Assembly: GCA_021851895.1 (NCBI GenBank)
Contig: JAJZQJ010000009.1
Span: 1 to 59,560 of the forward strand
From: a bacterium
GTDB taxonomy: Bacteria; Patescibacteriota; Minisyncoccia; Phycocordibacterales; UBA6899
Direction: 5' to 3'
Length of the DNA stretch: 59,560 nucleotides
In this document: positions 17,643 through 27,641 of the stretch, piece after piece
How the letters are laid out: every line of letters starts with the position of its first letter
How positions within the stretch are numbered: the first letter of the stretch is position 1
The notes under the pieces: model-generated
Told to the model about the DNA's origin: nothing
Database searches by the model: none
Seen by the model: the letters and a program-made list of their open reading frames with translations, nothing else
Position numbers and translations under genes: made by a program

Positions 17643-19397
17643 ATGCTCGCCGAGGAAGTAAAATTAAAGAAGTTCATCATCGATTCTGGCGTCGTTACTC
17701 GAGCCGATGTGCTTGCTGCGGAAAAGGAGGCGGAAAATAGCAACTCCACGCTTGCCGACGTGCTCGTCCGTCAGGGGAAGGCCACCGCAGATGATATGCG
17801 TCGTATGCAGGCTTATGTCCTCGGCATACCTTATGTCGATCTACGCGGGCAGAAGATCGATGCGGAGGTGCTTGCGCTCGTTCCTGAGCCGATCGCTCGC
17901 CGACATAATATCGTTGCTTTTAGACGAAGCGAACAAGGTGTGGAGGTTGCGATGCTCGACATCAATGATTTGGAGGCCATTGATTTTGTTCGTAAGAAAG
18001 TTGGAGTTCGCGTACTCACGCGACTCACTGATCGCGAATCGATGAAGTCAGTGCTTTTGCAGTATCAGAAATCACTCAAAGCAGAGTTTGGTGACATCAT
18101 TCAGCAGGAGGCGAAGGCAATGAAGGTCATCCGTGGCGAATCAGGAGATGAGCCAGCATCTGAGATGGATCTCAAGAAGCTTGCTGAGGATCTTCCTGTT
18201 GTGCGTATCGTTGATACTCTGCTGAATCATGCCATTCTTCAAGGAGCATCAGACATTCACATTGAGCCGATGGAGAATCAGTTGTTGGTGCGCTATCGCA
18301 TTGATGGTATCTTGCATGACGCCATGGTGCTTCCAAAAGATACCGCTCCAGGTATCACCGCTCGCGTGAAGGTGCTCTCGAATCTCAAGCTCGATGAGAA
18401 GCGTTTGCCGCAAGATGGACGATTCAAGATACAACTTGATGCGGAAAAGGTCTCATTCCGTGTGTCAACACTGCCAACACACTTTGGAGAGAAAACCGTT
18501 ATGCGCCTTCTGCGTGAATCTTCTGGAGGGTATACGTTGGAATCACTTGGTTTCCACGGCTATTCGCTCGAGACATTACATCAGGCGACTAAACAACACA
18601 TCGGTCTCATCCTCGTCACGGGTCCGACGGGCTCTGGTAAGACGACGACGCTTTATACGATGGTGGATATCCTCAATACTCCGGATGTGAACATCTCGAC
18701 CGTCGAGGACCCTATCGAGTATCAAATGCCACGCATCAACCAGACGCAGATCAGGCAGGATATCGGACTCACCTTTGCGGCAGGATTACGTTCGCTCTTG
18801 CGTCAGGATCCCGACATCATCATGGTCGGAGAGATCCGTGACGGTGAGACCGCCTCACTTGCGATCAACGCAGCGCTCACTGGACATCTTGTGCTTTCAA
18901 CTCTGCACACGAACTCTGCATCTGGAGCAATACCGCGCTTCATCGATATGGGTGCAGAGCCGTTTCTCATCGTGTCCACGGTGAACGTCGTGGTTGCGCA
19001 AAGACTCGTGCGCCGCCTAACGGGTGCAAAGGAGCGCTATACGATGACCCCAGAAGAGTTACGTAATCTCGCACGCGGCGTGAACATGGATCGCCTGCTC
19101 GAGTCACTGATCGAAGAGAAGGTCGTTCCCGAGGGGACGCGCTGGGAAGAAGTGCCATTCTATAAACCGAAACCTGGAGCGGACAGTGAAGATGGCTATA
19201 AAGGACGTGTCGGTATTCATGAGGTACTTAAAATGTCGACAATGCTCCGCGAGCTCGCACTCAAAAATGCTCCCGCTGAGCAGATAGAGTCGCAGGCGCG
19301 AAAAGAGGGGATGTTCACGATGCTTGAGGACGGTATATTCAAGGCTGCAATGGGACTGACCACCATCGAGGAGGTGTATAGAGTCGTTAATGAATAA
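17643..19397 (+). CDS. pilB: Type IV pilus assembly / GspE-family ATPase
   Basis: ASDIHIEP, Walker A GPTGSGKTTT, LRQDPDIIMVGEIRD, TGHLVLSTLHTN. Confidence 0.9.
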   Translation: MLAEEVKLKKFIIDSGVVTRADVLAAEKEAENSNSTLADVLVRQGKATADDMRRMQAYVLGIPYVDLRGQKIDAEVLALVPEPIARRHNIVAFRRSEQGVEVAMLDINDLEAIDFVRKKVGVRVLTRLTDRESMKSVLLQYQKSLKAEFGDIIQQEAKAMKVIRGESGDEPASEMDLKKLAEDLPVVRIVDTLLNHAILQGASDIHIEPMENQLLVRYRIDGILHDAMVLPKDTAPGITARVKVLSNLKLDEKRLPQDGRFKIQLDAEKVSFRVSTLPTHFGEKTVMRLLRESSGGYTLESLGFHGYSLETLHQATKQHIGLILVTGPTGSGKTTTLYTMVDILNTPDVNISTVEDPIEYQMPRINQTQIRQDIGLTFAAGLRSLLRQDPDIIMVGEIRDGETASLAINAALTGHLVLSTLHTNSASGAIPRFIDMGAEPFLIVSTVNVVVAQRLVRRLTGAKERYTMTPEELRNLARGVNMDRLLESLIEEKVVPEGTRWEEVPFYKPKPGADSEDGYKGRVGIHEVLKMSTMLRELALKNAPAEQIESQARKEGMFTMLEDGIFKAAMGLTTIEEVYRVVNE

Positions 19398-19422
19398 AAA
19401 AATGTAGCTCTGCTACATTTTT

Positions 19423-20226
19423 TTATTCATTCGCTGTATCAATAAATGCTGTTTCAGTTTTTGCGTGTGCATCATTCCACAGTGCATCAAAAAGTGTTTT
19501 TTGCATGCTCGCAATATGCGGGTCGACGATGAGGACGCCGACCATGGGGTCGCTCAGTGTGATATAGGAGACTTTATTGTCATAGATCTGCATGAGTGTG
19601 TGCGTGGGCGCCTCGTGCATCGGGAATAAGCGGACTTCTGTGATGTCAGAATGTCCGTATTGGAGAACAAGTGTGCGGTTCTCTGTGGTATCCGCGACAA
19701 GATTTTTTCTACGTAATTTGTAGCGCGCGCGCAGCTTCGTGAATTCTGCTGAAATATCAGGAATACTTGACGCGACCTGTTTGAGATCGATGTATGCGCG
19801 AACTTCCTCTTTTGCATCAAGCGCATCAAAAAGACAATTCTTCACTCCTTCCTTTCCTTCGAAAAATTGCACGCCAGGCTTTCCGCTGCGAATATTGAAA
19901 TCCGAGATGAGTTTCGTGACAACGCCATCGATAGCAGTTTTCGCATCCTTTGCCTGCTCTATGCGCTTCTCGCCGAGCTCTTTAAGTGTCAGTGGATGTG
20001 CTGCTTCAAAAGTAATCACCTTCCCCTTCTTTTCAATGCGTAGTACGAGGCCCAGATCGATGAGTTCGCCAAGGAAGTGATATGCGATCGTGCGCGAGAT
20101 GCCCGCAATGCGTGCCGCAGAGCTCGCGGGGAGGGCGCCGTGCTTCACGAGAATCTCATAGAGCTTCGCCGCTTGCTCGGAAATGCCTGCTTGGGTAAGG
20201 GTTTGCGTATAGATGATGTCTGCCAT
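19423..20226 (-). CDS. TrmB-family HTH transcriptional regulator
   Basis: N-terminal wHTH (ARIAGISRTIAYHFLGELIDLGLV), PGVQFFEGKEG, IYDNKV. Confidence 0.85.
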   Translation of the reverse strand: MADIIYTQTLTQAGISEQAAKLYEILVKHGALPASSAARIAGISRTIAYHFLGELIDLGLVLRIEKKGKVITFEAAHPLTLKELGEKRIEQAKDAKTAIDGVVTKLISDFNIRSGKPGVQFFEGKEGVKNCLFDALDAKEEVRAYIDLKQVASSIPDISAEFTKLRARYKLRRKNLVADTTENRTLVLQYGHSDITEVRLFPMHEAPTHTLMQIYDNKVSYITLSDPMVGVLIVDPHIASMQKTLFDALWNDAHAKTETAFIDTANE

Positions 20227-20355
20227 ATGGTCTTATTTTAGTACGTTCTTGAAATATGTCAATTATAAATTGACAATAATATGGCCTTAATCAAAATATA
20301 TTGCAAAATATAAGCATTTGCTCATACACAGAAGCAAATAAACGTAGAAAATGTA

Positions 20356-20384
20356 TTGACATAACGCTATGCACGTGGTATACT
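20356..20384 (+). promoter_or_regulatory. Sigma70-type promoter
   Basis: TTGACA-17 nt-TATACT with an extended -10 TG. Confidence 0.8.
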
Positions 20385-20391
20385 GGTCTCA

Positions 20392-20960
20392 GAAAGATAA
20401 AGAGAAAGTTCATTGAAGGCACAAGCAAACAACGTCGCTGAAGGTGTGGCGAAACAGACGCCAAGGTTACTGCAGCCTCTCCCGTAGGGAGCAAAGAGCA
20501 GCAAGAAAACCTGAGACGAAGTGGACCTTGTGTTTGCGCAAACCCCAGCTTGCATGCTTCTCCTCCGCGCAAAAGAGTTGAAGCACAAGATGAAGCCGAG
20601 TGTCCATCTTCTCCAGATGTTCCGGTAGGCAAGGGGACCCGGTCTTGAAATGAGATCCGCTTGCACTCATCACCTAGTGAATGATGGGTGCAGGAAATCT
20701 CCTTTGAAGAGAGACAAGATATTTGGGCACATATGGCATCGCTTCGGAGTGCGACTCACTCAATGGGCACGAGCCCATCTCCCTCGAGTTTCCACTCCTC
20801 CAGCGGATGCCATCTGCATCCCAAAGCTCTTATCTCGATAATGGAGAAGTTCATTGAAAATGATACAAGTCGTTCCTGACCATATACACATCATTCCACT
20901 GTGGGGCTCATGGTGTGTAGGTGGTCAGGAATGACCGCAATATCATGTTGATATTGCGCG
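20392..20960 (+). ncRNA. Putative large structured non-coding RNA or leader
   Basis: No credible ORF; nested stems 20698-20847, 20869-20935, 20936-20958 and others, directly after a strong promoter. Confidence 0.55.
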
Positions 20961-20975
20961 CGCCTTGGAGGGCGT

Positions 20976-21605
20976 ATGAATACACTGAATAGTTTTAAAG
21001 AACTCATGGCTGCCACGCTCGAATGTCCGCTTTCGCAAGCGGTGAGCATTGTGCGAATCGCCTTTGGAAAGGCGGAGGTTGCGCTGGAAAATCTCCGGAG
21101 ATTCGAGCCGTGTTCCTCGAAGGCGAGCTGGTACGTAGCCGACCGCCAACGGGCATACGAGGTATATGAGTGGGCGCTAGGAGAGGCGTCAAAGATTAGC
21201 GAGGCATTAAAAGAAAGGCAAAGAAAGTTTGAAAATAACAGGCTCGAGAACCTCGCCTCGAAGCTAGGCTGGGAGCCCGTCTATCAATATGATAGATGTA
21301 AGGCACTGCGAAATGGTGAGGGAATTCAGTTTAAAGTTGAGTTTCATGATGATCCAATTGTCGTTGTTGAATTATGCTATGGCAAGTGGATTGGGTCCGG
21401 CGCGGGGACAGAAGTCCTCGCGGGAACACTAAGGATTCCCGAGGGCATGCGTGCTCTTGAGGTGGTTGTGGGGCAAGGATCACATGGTGAGAGACTCCAG
21501 TTCATGGCAAACGATGCGCACGAGCTTTCCTGTTTCGTCACCAAGTCCGCTTGGGCTTGTGGTTGGGACACCTACACCTCATGGGTGCTTCACATTTTTA
21601 ATTAG
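20976..21605 (+). CDS. Hypothetical protein
   Basis: 209-aa ORF, GGAGG SD inside a small hairpin. Confidence 0.65.
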   Translation: MNTLNSFKELMAATLECPLSQAVSIVRIAFGKAEVALENLRRFEPCSSKASWYVADRQRAYEVYEWALGEASKISEALKERQRKFENNRLENLASKLGWEPVYQYDRCKALRNGEGIQFKVEFHDDPIVVVELCYGKWIGSGAGTEVLAGTLRIPEGMRALEVVVGQGSHGERLQFMANDAHELSCFVTKSAWACGWDTYTSWVLHIFN

Positions 21606-21976
21606 GGGAATCTCGGAAATCCAGTGCAGCTCGTACCGGCGAGCAACAACACTACCGTGCGCTCCGGTAAGCGCACATTCACTTTTCACTAAAAGGAGGT
21701 GTTTGGGAAACTACGGTTTCCCTTCATCATTCTGTAATTCATCTTGTATGGATTCCAGATCATGAATACCCATCTTCCATAAAACAGTAAGGCGAAATAT
21801 CTTGTATATCATTCAACATATATACATTTATGACATTTGCGCATGTCGTCACTTTCTCTTCGTGAACGGTCGGTGCACAAATGGCAATTCATTGCTATTT
21901 CTGCGGCGACGTTCACGTTCGCCTTACTGTTTTGGGGAGGATTCGCAGAACGGGTATTCTGTATTATGATGAATGT

Positions 21977-24073
21977 ATGTCTGAAAGTTACTTGGGAACC
22001 CCGTCAGCAGAAGAGCATGATGAGCAGGCTTGTGAAATTCAAGAACAAGGAGAACGTCTCAGTCGCGAGAGTGCGCGCAAATTGCTTGATTCCTGCATGC
22101 AAAGCCCGCATGGGTATTTTTGCTTTCTGAATGTATTGCCACGAAATGAAAATATTACTGCCGATGCTGAAAGTTCATGGGCTGTAGGGTTGAGAGCTGC
22201 AATCGATGGACTATGCGCATTGCCTGAACTAGATCAGCATAATGGCAATTGGTCTGACCCCGCGATGGAGCATTACCAAGAATATGGGGAATTGATTGGC
22301 GCAATCATCCAGAATCCTCAGATGCTACATCCAAAGCATTATTTGGAGATCATCTGTGATACGCTTGCTAATCCTATTGCGCGAGACCGTGTAAGTTATC
22401 GCTTATTTGAGGGAATGAACTATGCGCTGAGAATGTTCAGTCATGACCCTCGCTATCCCGAAGCAATTAGGGAGCAGTTAAATTTTGTTGACCCTCAGTC
22501 ATTTTCGCATACTGCCTATATGCTTGAGTTTTTGTCTTCCCTATATGCGATGGGTGGAGATGCTGATAATTATGGTGATGGCGAATATATTTTTTCTGTA
22601 GTACGCGAGCAGTTGCAGGATGCAGTTGATTCGAACAAAGGGAGCTATCTCCTTCATGAAAGAGCCGCGCTTCTCCTCGATAGCATTAACGGGGTGAGGT
22701 CTGAATTGCAGGGCGACCTGTCTCTTCGACATATTGCTCGAGGGGCTATTGGAATTGTTGATAGGAAGGGGGTACGTATTTTCCCGGAGACAAGTCAGGC
22801 TGAGGTTAAGAAAATATACGAAGAGCTGGAGGGTATTAAATCCCAATTTTCTCAAGGAGGCTTGTCAGAGCGAATGCGAATAAATGCAAGGAGAAATGAG
22901 CTTACACAAGCGCTTCAGGAGATTCCGTCGCGTATGTTAAATAGTGAAGATGTAAGTGTTCCAGGGAGATTGGCAGATGAACGCGCATTTCGAGATTGGG
23001 AATACCTGACAACCCATGCAATGAGGACTACGATCAAGGAAGATTTTGGCGTTGAGTGTGACGAGCTAACACTGCGTGAGCAGTTTGCGTTCCTAGATTA
23101 CCTAAAGGCTGTTCCTGTAGAAGACGCAAGTCAATTGAAAGCATTTACTTTTAGGTATGGCACATCAGCCTTACGTATATTTTTGAGCGTAGGAGATGAC
23201 CAAGCACTTCGTCAGCGTGTCCAATCTTTTGCGGAGAGTTCTGATGAGGCACTCGTTAAAGAAGTATTTTCGGGATACGGGAAACTCGTCGAACACATTG
23301 ACGATGCTGGCGACTACTTGAAACAAAACTTCGGTGAAGGAAGTGCTTCCCATGCCAATGCGGTCGTCGAGCAACTCCTTACCCGCGCGCGTAAACTCCT
23401 TGAAGAAGCCGTTGAGGTGAATGATGAATCAAAGGAGGCATTTCTTGAGAAGGTGCGCATGGTTGACGAAGATGTCGCACTCTTCACGAGTGCATGTCGT
23501 ACATTGAAGAAGAGTGGTGCACTGAAGCTCGAAGATGTCGAAGGGGTCAGTATTTCTGAGAAGCCGGCGGGTGCGTTGAGTGCGGAGGAAAAAGCAAAAC
23601 TCCTCTCTCTCCAAGATCAAGCCTATCGCTCGCTCTATACTCCAGAATTCCTCGCCTCACTCCGCGAGGTGCTCAAGACCACTCTTGAAAACCCTCATAC
23701 TCATTTCTATTTCTTGAGAAAGTCTGAAGGTGAAGAAGATGCTATCGTCAGCACCCTTCGTTTTGATGAGAAGGATCCTGTGGCTAATACCAAACATCTC
23801 GCCTCTTTCTTCACGGACCCTTCCTATAATGGTGGCGCGATCGGAGAGGCACTGCTCGATGAAGCGCTCATGCGTGAGCAGGCAGATGGCTCCGCGATCG
23901 TACTCGAATGCTCGCCGCATCTTCTTGAGTTCTATATGAAGCATGGATTCAACGAAACGGGACGTTTCGAATTCAAAGGGGAATCAGGTATCTCGATGCG
24001 CAAAGATCCCGTCATGCAGCCGTATACAAAACCCTCCGATGAGGAAACGTTTGCCGAACAAAAAACCGCTTAA
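21977..24073 (+). CDS. Large helical protein with C-terminal GNAT acetyltransferase domain
   Basis: HLASFFTDPSYNGGAIGEALLDEAL..LEFYMKHGF GNAT motifs at the C-terminus. Confidence 0.7.
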   Translation: MSESYLGTPSAEEHDEQACEIQEQGERLSRESARKLLDSCMQSPHGYFCFLNVLPRNENITADAESSWAVGLRAAIDGLCALPELDQHNGNWSDPAMEHYQEYGELIGAIIQNPQMLHPKHYLEIICDTLANPIARDRVSYRLFEGMNYALRMFSHDPRYPEAIREQLNFVDPQSFSHTAYMLEFLSSLYAMGGDADNYGDGEYIFSVVREQLQDAVDSNKGSYLLHERAALLLDSINGVRSELQGDLSLRHIARGAIGIVDRKGVRIFPETSQAEVKKIYEELEGIKSQFSQGGLSERMRINARRNELTQALQEIPSRMLNSEDVSVPGRLADERAFRDWEYLTTHAMRTTIKEDFGVECDELTLREQFAFLDYLKAVPVEDASQLKAFTFRYGTSALRIFLSVGDDQALRQRVQSFAESSDEALVKEVFSGYGKLVEHIDDAGDYLKQNFGEGSASHANAVVEQLLTRARKLLEEAVEVNDESKEAFLEKVRMVDEDVALFTSACRTLKKSGALKLEDVEGVSISEKPAGALSAEEKAKLLSLQDQAYRSLYTPEFLASLREVLKTTLENPHTHFYFLRKSEGEEDAIVSTLRFDEKDPVANTKHLASFFTDPSYNGGAIGEALLDEALMREQADGSAIVLECSPHLLEFYMKHGFNETGRFEFKGESGISMRKDPVMQPYTKPSDEETFAEQKTA

Positions 24074-24127
24074 GGCGGTTTTTTGATATTTACCAAGCTC
24101 GTGTCGAGCTGTGGTATTATTAAGTCA

Positions 24128-25348
24128 ATGACGAAGTTCCAGTACAAGGCACAGTTGATCGCGACGGCAGGGGAAGTTGGCGGTGTGGCTGAGGCGAAAG
24201 ACAAATTCGAGCTCGCACACAAACTCAAAGATGAGGGCAAGTTGCTGATCTCCGCGACCCCTGTCACTGGGTTTCATTTCAATATGGACGCGATCAATGC
24301 GCATCTCACGCGCGTTGATCTGCGCGACAAGATCCTGCTTGCGAACAATCTCGCCACGATGATCCAAGCGGGACTTCCGCTTTCTCGCGCACTTGGCATC
24401 ATATTGAAGCAGACGACGAATCCAAAGATGCGCCAGGTCATCGGTAGTCTTGTCGAAGGAATCAATAAGGGTATGACGCTCTCCGATGCGCTCGCAAAGT
24501 TTCCAGACATATTCCCCCCAGTATTCATTTCGATGGTGCGCGCAGGTGAAGAGTCGGGAGGACTCGTCGAGGCACTGCAGGTCGTGGGTAGTCAGATGGA
24601 GAAGACCTATATGCTCACAAAGAAGGTGAAGGGGGCGATGATGTATCCGCTCGTGGTGACTTCCGTGATGATCGCGGTTGGTGTCCTCATGATGATCTAT
24701 GTCGTCCCGGGCCTCGCACAAACATTCAGCGAGGCAAATGTCGAGCTCCCAACCCTTACGAAGATCTTCATCGGGACTGCGAATTTCTTGAAGAATGACA
24801 GCGTACTCGCTGCACTCTCGGCTGTTGGAATCGTCGTGGCATTCGTGCTCTTCAAGCGAACGAAGGTCGGCAAGCGGAGTCTCGCATTCCTGGCGTTGCG
24901 CGTTCCGATATTCGGTGTGCTCGTCAAGCAATATAATTCAGCAATCGTGACGCGTACGCTCTCCTCCCTCATTTCTTCTGGTGTAGACATCGTTCGTGCA
25001 ATCGATATCACTCATGACGTCGCAGGTAATCTCTATTATCGTGAGACGCTTGAAGCGGCAAGGGAAGATGTTCAGAAGGGTATTCCACTTTCACAAACTT
25101 TCGTGAAGAATGCGCATATCTATCCAGTCATGGTCGGCGATATGATGGAAGTCGGTGAGGAGACGGGACAACTCTCAGAAATGCTCAAGAAGATCGCGGG
25201 CTATTATGAACAAGAAGTCGATCAGGCGACGAGCGATATGAGTAAGCTTGTCGAGCCATTCCTCATGGTCATGATCGGAGCATTCGTTGGACTATTTGCA
25301 ATGGCAATGATCAGCCCAATGTATTCGATCATGTCGAGTATCGGATAA
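24128..25348 (+). CDS. pilC: Type IV pilus inner-membrane platform protein (GspF/PilC)
   Basis: LATMIQAGLPL, AGEESGGL, AMMYP, VGEETGQL, LVEP. Confidence 0.92.
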   Translation: MTKFQYKAQLIATAGEVGGVAEAKDKFELAHKLKDEGKLLISATPVTGFHFNMDAINAHLTRVDLRDKILLANNLATMIQAGLPLSRALGIILKQTTNPKMRQVIGSLVEGINKGMTLSDALAKFPDIFPPVFISMVRAGEESGGLVEALQVVGSQMEKTYMLTKKVKGAMMYPLVVTSVMIAVGVLMMIYVVPGLAQTFSEANVELPTLTKIFIGTANFLKNDSVLAALSAVGIVVAFVLFKRTKVGKRSLAFLALRVPIFGVLVKQYNSAIVTRTLSSLISSGVDIVRAIDITHDVAGNLYYRETLEAAREDVQKGIPLSQTFVKNAHIYPVMVGDMMEVGEETGQLSEMLKKIAGYYEQEVDQATSDMSKLVEPFLMVMIGAFVGLFAMAMISPMYSIMSSIG

Positions 25349-25373
25349 TAAAACACCCACATACGTGGATGTT

Positions 25374-25547
25374 TTATTTTGCTACGGTGTGCACGATGAA
25401 TTGCGGAGAGGTCTCCAGCCCGTTTTGTAGCTTCGCCTTCTCAGTGCGAAAATAGAAGGTGTATGCGACTAGTGGAATCGCCGAAATGACGATAAGTAGG
25501 GTGCCCAATCCCGTGCCGATCTTTGTTGCGCGTAATGTGTGCATATA
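25374..25547 (-). CDS. Possible small membrane protein
   Basis: 57-aa ORF with one TM segment, ending at a terminator. Confidence 0.35.
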   Translation of the reverse strand, partial: YMHTLRATKIGTGLGTLLIVISAIPLVAYTFYFRTEKAKLQNGLETSPQFIVHTVAK

Positions 25548-25697
25548 TAAAGAATACCATGGCACCATGTGCTGCATACTTGTCGAAATGGCTTAAATAT
25601 TGGTCTTTTTTTATACAGACAAAGTTGTAATTGCAATTGTGATTATATATATGTATATGGAGGCCACGCGTGTGCATGGGTGGTATAATGTTTTGAT

Positions 25698-26459
25698 ATG
25701 AAATATATCGTGGGAAACTGGAAGATGTATCCGCGGAGTTTCGCGGAAGCGAAGGAAATCGTCACAGAGATACGTCCGTTGGCGAGAAAGGCAGTACAAA
25801 AAGGAGTGCAACCGGTTATCTGTCCTCCCGCGATATTTCTCTCGGGGCTCATCGGGAGCGGCACGGCATTGCAATTCGGAGGCCAGAATGCCTCAGCATA
25901 TGGCGAAGGTGCGTTTACGGGTGAGATTTCTCCCGTTCAGTTGGCCTCACTTGGTGCGAAATATGTCATTCTCGGTCATTCTGAGCGTAGGGCACTCGGT
26001 GAGACGGATGCGATGGTTGCCGCTAAGGCGATTGCTGCTGCAAAGGCTGGGCTGATGATCATCCTCTGTGTGGGGGAACGAGAGCGTGATAGTGATGGAA
26101 GATACTTTGCTGAGGTCGCGAATCAGCTGCGTGCTTCACTCGAAGATTTTCCTGAATCAAAGTCTGTGCATCTCATGATCGCCTATGAACCCGTATGGGC
26201 AATTGGCACTGAGGCAACAGGGGCCGCAACGCCGCGTGACCATGAAGAGATGAGCATGCTCCTAAGGCGCACGCTGTCCGAACTGTTCGGAAAGCAGAAA
26301 GGATTTCACATACCACTACTCTATGGTGGTTCGGTGGATACGAAGAATGCGCAGAGCTTTCTTGATGCCGGTGCGGATGGTTTGCTCATTGGGCGCGCAA
26401 GCTTGCGTGCAAAAGATCTCGCTTTGATTATTCACAACGCCGTACAAAACAATGCATAA
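25698..26459 (+). CDS. tpiA: Triosephosphate isomerase
   Basis: VGNWKM, GHSERR, AYEPVWAIGT, LYGGSV. Confidence 0.97.
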   Translation: MKYIVGNWKMYPRSFAEAKEIVTEIRPLARKAVQKGVQPVICPPAIFLSGLIGSGTALQFGGQNASAYGEGAFTGEISPVQLASLGAKYVILGHSERRALGETDAMVAAKAIAAAKAGLMIILCVGERERDSDGRYFAEVANQLRASLEDFPESKSVHLMIAYEPVWAIGTEATGAATPRDHEEMSMLLRRTLSELFGKQKGFHIPLLYGGSVDTKNAQSFLDAGADGLLIGRASLRAKDLALIIHNAVQNNA

Positions 26460-27600
26460 AGGATTTCCACTCATGACTGCGCACGCTGATCTCTTCAAAG
26501 GGAAACGTGTGCTGTTGCGCCTCGACCTAAACGTCCCATTGGCGCTTGATACAATTCGCAGCGATTATCGCATACGCGCATCACTTCCCACGATCAACTT
26601 CTTGCGCACACATGGTGCACATGTGATCATCTTGAGTCATATCGGTAAGGGCGCGCCCAAGGATACACTTCGTCCGATCGCAGATCATCTTTCGCATATG
26701 ATGCCACTCTTGTTCCTCGATCGATTTGATGCTGAAGAGAATAAAAAAGTCATCGATGCGATGAATGATGGTGATGTCGTCATGCTTGAGAACCTGCGTC
26801 TGCATGAAGGCGAAGCGAATAATTCACCTGCTTTTGCACAAGAGCTCGCTTCACTCGGTGACTACTACGTGAATGATGCTTTTGCCGTGTCGCATCGCGC
26901 CCACGCCTCGATCGTCGGTGTGCCTGCGCTCTTGCCATCCTTTGCAGGAATGCGCTTTGCAGAGGAAGCAGCAGAACTTTCTCGTGTCTTTGACCCACAG
27001 CATCCGTTTCTCTTCATCATGGGTGGCACGAAGGTTTCCACAAAACTCCCATTGCTTAATAAGCTGAGCGTGCTCGCAGATCATATTTTTGTTGGTGGTG
27101 TCGTTGCAAATGATTTTCTCCGTGCTAAAGGCTATAATGTCGGATGCTCAGTTTGTGATTCGGACCTCGGCGATGGGCTCATGAAATTGAGTGAGGATCC
27201 TCGTATGATCATTCCGATGGATGTCGTTGTGAAGGGTGGTGGAGGTAATCGTACGGCACTTGCTGATGACATTCTCGACGGAGAGATGATCGTCGATATT
27301 GGTCGCGAGACGGTTACCGCGCTCGAGCGTATACTCGGTGAGGCGAAGCTCGTGGTATGGAATGGCCCCCTGGGATTCTATGAAGAGGGTTATACTGATG
27401 GAAGTCGTGAGTTGCTTGAGCGTATTCTTGGAAGCAATGCGTATGCCATCTTGGGTGGTGGCGACACGGTCGCGCTCGTAGAGTCTATGGGCAATATCGA
27501 TCGCTTCGGCTTCGTGTCGACCGGCGGTGGTGCGATGCTCGAGTATCTCGCCAATGAGACACTTCCGGGACTTGAGGCCCTCCGCGGCATTAGTGAATAA
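26452..27600 (+). CDS. pgk: Phosphoglycerate kinase
   Basis: RLDLNVP, LENLR, NDAF..HR.HAS, WNGPLG, GGGDT, STGGGA. Confidence 0.97.
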   Translation: MHKGFPLMTAHADLFKGKRVLLRLDLNVPLALDTIRSDYRIRASLPTINFLRTHGAHVIILSHIGKGAPKDTLRPIADHLSHMMPLLFLDRFDAEENKKVIDAMNDGDVVMLENLRLHEGEANNSPAFAQELASLGDYYVNDAFAVSHRAHASIVGVPALLPSFAGMRFAEEAAELSRVFDPQHPFLFIMGGTKVSTKLPLLNKLSVLADHIFVGGVVANDFLRAKGYNVGCSVCDSDLGDGLMKLSEDPRMIIPMDVVVKGGGGNRTALADDILDGEMIVDIGRETVTALERILGEAKLVVWNGPLGFYEEGYTDGSRELLERILGSNAYAILGGGDTVALVESMGNIDRFGFVSTGGGAMLEYLANETLPGLEALRGISE

Positions 27601-27641
27601 CAAAAGACGCCAAACGGCGTTTTTTGTTATACAATACCCAT

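Noticed and set aside
20449-20462. tRNA D-arm-like GGTGTGGCGAAACAGACGC in the structured region
   Set aside because: No T-loop or acceptor stem at the right distance, so it is not a tRNA.
21691-21765. Strong SD (AAGGAGGT) before a 20-codon TTG ORF
   Set aside because: SD-to-start spacing is too short and nothing else supports coding.
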